From the NCBI GenBank assembly GCA_012719655.1, contig JAAXZZ010000060.1:1-53307 (forward strand): 53,307 bases of DNA, written 5' to 3'. A program made the translations under genes and the position numbers. Within the stretch, counting starts at the first letter, position 1. Each line of letters opens with the position of its first letter. This DNA is from Gammaproteobacteria bacterium (GTDB lineage Bacteria; Pseudomonadota; Gammaproteobacteria; Pseudomonadales; Pseudomonadaceae). The notes under the pieces are model-generated. The model was not told the DNA's origin. It did not search any database and saw only the letters and a list, made by a program, of their open reading frames with translations. Below, in pieces: positions 49,222 through 53,307 of this stretch.

Positions 49222-50817
49222 TTAAAGCTGTTCAATAGCGTCTAAATACAGTTCTGCTCGAGCCAAAATAGCCTGCTGTTGCGCAGCGGTCTTTTTCTGC
49301 CAATTGGCGTACACCATAGTATTTCTCGGATTATTACCCAGCAACTGCTGCTGTTGATGAATAAAACGCCAATACAGCGAGTTCAGTGGGCAGGCATCCG
49401 CTTCAGTAGTTTTCGTCACCTTGTAATGACAAAAGCCACAATAATCACTCATCTTTTTCACATAATTGCCACTGGCAGCATAGGCTTTTGAGCCAACAAT
49501 ACCACCGTCAGCAAACTGGCTCATACCGCGCGTATTGGGCATTTCCACCCACTCCAGCGCATCGATATACACACCTAAATACCATGCATCAACCTGATCC
49601 GGATCAACGCCCGCCAGCAGGCAAAAATTACCGGTAATCATTAAACGCTGAATATGATGGGCGTAGGCATAGTCCAAGGACTGCGCAATTGCATGCTTCA
49701 TGCAATTCATCTGAGTTGTACCTGTCCAGAACCATGCAGGCAGTTGACGCGTTGCCGACAAAGCGTTACGGCTTGCGTATTGCGGCATATTGGCCCAATA
49801 AATCCCACGGACAAACTCACGCCAACCGAGAATCTGCCGAATAAAGCCTTCTACCTGAGCCAGATTAATCTGTGCCTCACCGTTGTGTAATGGCTCTTGT
49901 TGCGCGCGATAGTGCGCTATCACCTGATCCACCACGAATTTAGGACTGATGATTTTACTGTTGAGCGCAAAGGATAAACGCGAATGGTACAGGCTCCACT
50001 GCCTGTCACCCTCAAGATGGTTGAGCTGACAGGTCATCGCGTCTTGAAACTGACCAAAGCGCGGCAAGCCATAACGGCAAAAATAATCCAGCAACGCCTT
50101 GGCTTGCTGGCGATTCACCGGCCAGAGCAAAGACGTCGCAGCACGGCCCATCGTTTTAATCTGATGCCGCTCAAGGCGCGCGAGAATCTCACTGACATCA
50201 TTGCTAAACAGCAACGGCTGAGGGACACAGGCTAGGTCACTGCTTTTTAATTTATTACGATTCTCAGCATCGTAATTCCATTGCCCACCTTCTGGATTGC
50301 CTTCAGCATCCATAAGAATATGCCAATTTTTACGCATCTTGCGATAAAACGCTTCCATACGATGTTGCTTACCGGCGCTAAAATTTTTGTGCAACTCTTG
50401 CTCAGTTAAATAAAAATGCTCGGTACTGTAGCTTTGGCTGCGAATCCTCAGCTGAGCGGTAAAATCAGCCAACTGTTGACGCAAACGGTACTCATCCGGT
50501 AATTGGTACTCAAATTGCTGAATCTGATGCTGTGCAATAAGATGCTCAAGCAGGCTCGGTAAGTCAGCAAAACTTTGTGTGTCATCCAAGGTCATATGCA
50601 CAACATTAAAACCGGCACTGTGCAAGGCTTGCGCAAACTGCTGCATCGCCGCAAAAAAGGCACAGATTTTTTGCACATGGTGAACAACGTAATTGGTTTC
50701 CTGTTGCAACTCAGCGATTAAATACAGGGTGTCAGGATCGTTATCTTTAAACCAAGAGTGACTCACATTGAGTTGATCACCCAAAATTAAACGTAAGCGC
50801 TGATAGCTTTTAATCAT
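49222..50817 (-). CDS. FeS-cluster bacterial cryptochrome/(6-4) photolyase (PhrB/CryB class)
   Basis: [33 protein letters not shown], four Cys (MNC, YCGFC, ACP). Confidence 0.92.
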   Translation of the reverse strand: MIKSYQRLRLILGDQLNVSHSWFKDNDPDTLYLIAELQQETNYVVHHVQKICAFFAAMQQFAQALHSAGFNVVHMTLDDTQSFADLPSLLEHLIAQHQIQQFEYQLPDEYRLRQQLADFTAQLRIRSQSYSTEHFYLTEQELHKNFSAGKQHRMEAFYRKMRKNWHILMDAEGNPEGGQWNYDAENRNKLKSSDLACVPQPLLFSNDVSEILARLERHQIKTMGRAATSLLWPVNRQQAKALLDYFCRYGLPRFGQFQDAMTCQLNHLEGDRQWSLYHSRLSFALNSKIISPKFVVDQVIAHYRAQQEPLHNGEAQINLAQVEGFIRQILGWREFVRGIYWANMPQYASRNALSATRQLPAWFWTGTTQMNCMKHAIAQSLDYAYAHHIQRLMITGNFCLLAGVDPDQVDAWYLGVYIDALEWVEMPNTRGMSQFADGGIVGSKAYAASGNYVKKMSDYCGFCHYKVTKTTEADACPLNSLYWRFIHQQQQLLGNNPRNTMVYANWQKKTAAQQQAILARAELYLDAIEQL

Positions 50818-50962
50818 GTTTCACACCTATTAATGAGCGCTGGCCTGCACAGCGTTTAGAGCAGTACTTAACCTCTGGCCAAGCTTTTTCCCACTTTTTG
50901 CGCCAGCTAAACGCGCGCAGACAAACAGGACAGATTTTTTCTGGCAAATGAGCTTTTTTCAT
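50810..50962 (-). CDS. DUF2256 family small Cys protein (50 aa)
   Basis: Manual translation [50 protein letters not shown]; below the ORF track cutoff; overlaps the photolyase start. Confidence 0.88.
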   Translation of the reverse strand: MKKAHLPEKICPVCLRAFSWRKKWEKAWPEVKYCSKRCAGQRSLIGVKHD

Positions 50963-51057
50963 GGTCTGCTCCAGCACTCAAAGGTCAAAACAGCCAAATC
51001 AAGGCCAGTCACTTCACAAATACTTATACATAGAGCAATAATGCATAGATTTATTCT

Positions 51058-51080
51058 TATACACCAGCTATTTTTGTACA
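51058..51080. promoter_or_regulatory. Candidate LitR-like operator
   Basis: TATACA-N11-TGTACA in the divergent DUF2256/blc region; weaker TATACA-N11-TGCATA at 51025-51047. Confidence 0.45.
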
Positions 51081-51137
51081 ACTATTATTAAGCAATTCAA
51101 TCAAGTCCTGCTGACTGCAGAACGAGGAGTTAAACCC

Positions 51138-51674
51138 ATGCACTATGTTCTTATCAGCTTTATCCTGTTGCTATCTGGCTGCGTCTCGATTCCTGAAGGC
51201 ATTGAGCCAGTTAAAAATTTTCAAGTAGAACGTTATCTCGGCACTTGGTATGAAATCGCACGCCTTGACCATTCTTTTGAGCGCGGCATGCAGCAGGTGA
51301 CCGCCGAATACAGTCTGCGAGACGATGGCGGTATTAAGGTAATCAATCGTGGTTTTAAACAAGCTCAACAACAATGGGCGCAAGCCGAAGGAAAAGCCTA
51401 TTTTGTGCAAGACCCACACACCGGCTATTTAAAAGTGTCGTTCTTTGGCCCTTTCTATGGTGCCTATATTATTTTTGATTTAGACGAAAACTATCAGTAC
51501 TCGCTGATTACCAGCACGAACAAATCCTATTTATGGATACTTGCTAGAACACCGCACATCGATGCAGCCCAACAACAGCGCTTACTCAAACGCATCACAG
51601 AGCTTGGATTTGCTAGCGAACAACTGATTTTTGTTGAGCATCCCGAGCGCCTTAGCCACAGTATTAAAAACTAA
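51138..51674 (+). CDS. blc: Outer membrane lipocalin
   Basis: LSGC lipobox, RYLGTWYEIAR, LKVSFFGPFY, YLWILAR. Confidence 0.92.
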   Translation: MHYVLISFILLLSGCVSIPEGIEPVKNFQVERYLGTWYEIARLDHSFERGMQQVTAEYSLRDDGGIKVINRGFKQAQQQWAQAEGKAYFVQDPHTGYLKVSFFGPFYGAYIIFDLDENYQYSLITSTNKSYLWILARTPHIDAAQQQRLLKRITELGFASEQLIFVEHPERLSHSIKN

Positions 51675-51781
51675 AGCCGTTGCCGGTAAACCCGCCACTA
51701 AAAATAACGCTACCCACAGTCAAACAATTGCAGATGAAGCGACCAGCTAATTGCTGTTAGAATGGTTGCATTCATTTGTGA

Positions 51782-52486
<705 letters not shown>

Positions 52487-52596
52487 AGGCATCTGTGTCA
52501 GTAAGTTAAGCCCATCGCTTTATTTGTTGTGGGTTATTTTTTAAACTGTGTTTGTTTATGCGCTACTTATAGAGCTGTTTTTCTGTGAGGAATACC

Positions 52597-52863
52597 ATGG
52601 CTCGCGTTACTGTTGAAGATTGCCTAGAAAACGTTGATAACCGTTTTGCTTTAGTTATGCTGGCCACCAAGCGTTCGCGCCAATTAGCGACCGGCGGCAA
52701 AGAACCAAAAGTGCCGGTGGAAAATGACAAACCGACTGTTTTGGCCTTGCGTGAAATTGCTGCCGGCCTTGTCTCAGAGACTACGATTGCTGCAGAATAA
52801 GCGATCAGTGTTGAAGAACCTTTATTTGCAGCTTTTGACGACAACGCTAACGACGCTCGCTAA
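52597..52863 (+). CDS. rpoZ: RNA polymerase omega subunit, with in-frame TAA at 52798-52800
   Basis: [10 protein letters not shown]...[11 protein letters not shown]; the frame continues past the stop as [20 protein letters not shown]-stop. Confidence 0.93.
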
Positions 52864-52921
52864 TGGCTGTGCAGGTCGCTTGCCGTACGAAGAAGGTTCA
52901 ATTGCTATTAAGAGGTGAGCG

Positions 52922-53307
52922 ATGCCTGCTTTAGATCGCCTATCGAGGCAATTATCAACCTATCTAAGCAGCGACCAAGTCAATGCGGTGCGGCGTGCGT
53001 ATTATTACGCCGAGCAAGCCCACGATGGTCAATTGCGCAGTAGCGGTGAGCATTATGTGACTCATCCGCTGGCGGTTGCCACCATTTTGGCAGAAATGCA
53101 CATGGACCATCAAAGCTTAATGGCGGCGATGCTGCATGATGTCATTGAAGACACCGGCATTCCCAAAGAAGCCTTAGTCGCGCAGTTTGGCGAAAGTGTG
53201 GCCGAATTGGTTGACGGGGGCAGTAAGCTGACACAAATGAAATTCGGCACCAAAGCCGAAGCGCAAGCAGAAAACTTTCAAAAAATGGCCATGGCCATGG
53301 CCCGTGA
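52922..53307 (+). CDS. spoT: (p)ppGpp synthetase/hydrolase SpoT, N-terminal part (runs off the right edge)
   Basis: Manual translation MPALDRL...AEQAHDGQLRSSGEHYVTHPLAVA...AMLHDVIEDT...AENFQKM; follows rpoZ. Confidence 0.95.
   Translation, partial: MPALDRLSRQLSTYLSSDQVNAVRRAYYYAEQAHDGQLRSSGEHYVTHPLAVATILAEMHMDHQSLMAAMLHDVIEDTGIPKEALVAQFGESVAELVDGGSKLTQMKFGTKAEAQAENFQKMAMAMAR

Noticed and set aside
53205-53230. SpoT LVDGGSKL instead of the usual LVDGVSKL
   Set aside because: A single base in a G run near the window end; cannot be told from a sequencing error. It adds caution to the rpoZ stop.

Overview
Chromosomal, mostly housekeeping window from a low-GC member of the Pseudomonadaceae. Protein sequences and gene order are Pseudomonas-like; a Thiopseudomonas/Denitrificimonas-type host is my inference. 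Core blocks: ligB; SAH riboswitch-ahcY-metF-rhlE; betT-rep; ftsY-ftsE-ftsX-rpoH opposite an M16 peptidase pair-rsmD-lipid A acyltransferase-PilZ; yhiI-rbbA-yhhJ; zapB-like-zapA-6S RNA-fau opposite ygfB-pepP-ubiH-DUF4442-ubiI-Fe(III)-binding protein; gmk-rpoZ-spoT. Two features stand out. (i) A coupled three-gene operon (18596-22746) encodes a YfiN-like CHASE8-HAMP-GGDEF cyclase, a cysteine-free YfiR-family protein and a TonB-dependent receptor in place of YfiB: a candidate outer-membrane-to-c-di-GMP signalling system. (ii) A non-coding cluster (47728-48355) holds three ~140-bp structured elements in +/-/+ orientation plus a fragment, with co-varying stems and GGA-loop hairpins. Also seen: a 148-bp TTAA-flanked MITE-like element, REP-like palindromes, an in-frame stop in rpoZ, a probable ATT start for a Bcr/CflA pump, a structured leader before a DUF3360 permease, and a photolyase cluster interrupted by a stand-alone AlbA_2 ORF. 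No CRISPR array, tRNA, rRNA, transposase or prophage was seen. All calls come from motif recognition by eye; no database searches were run.
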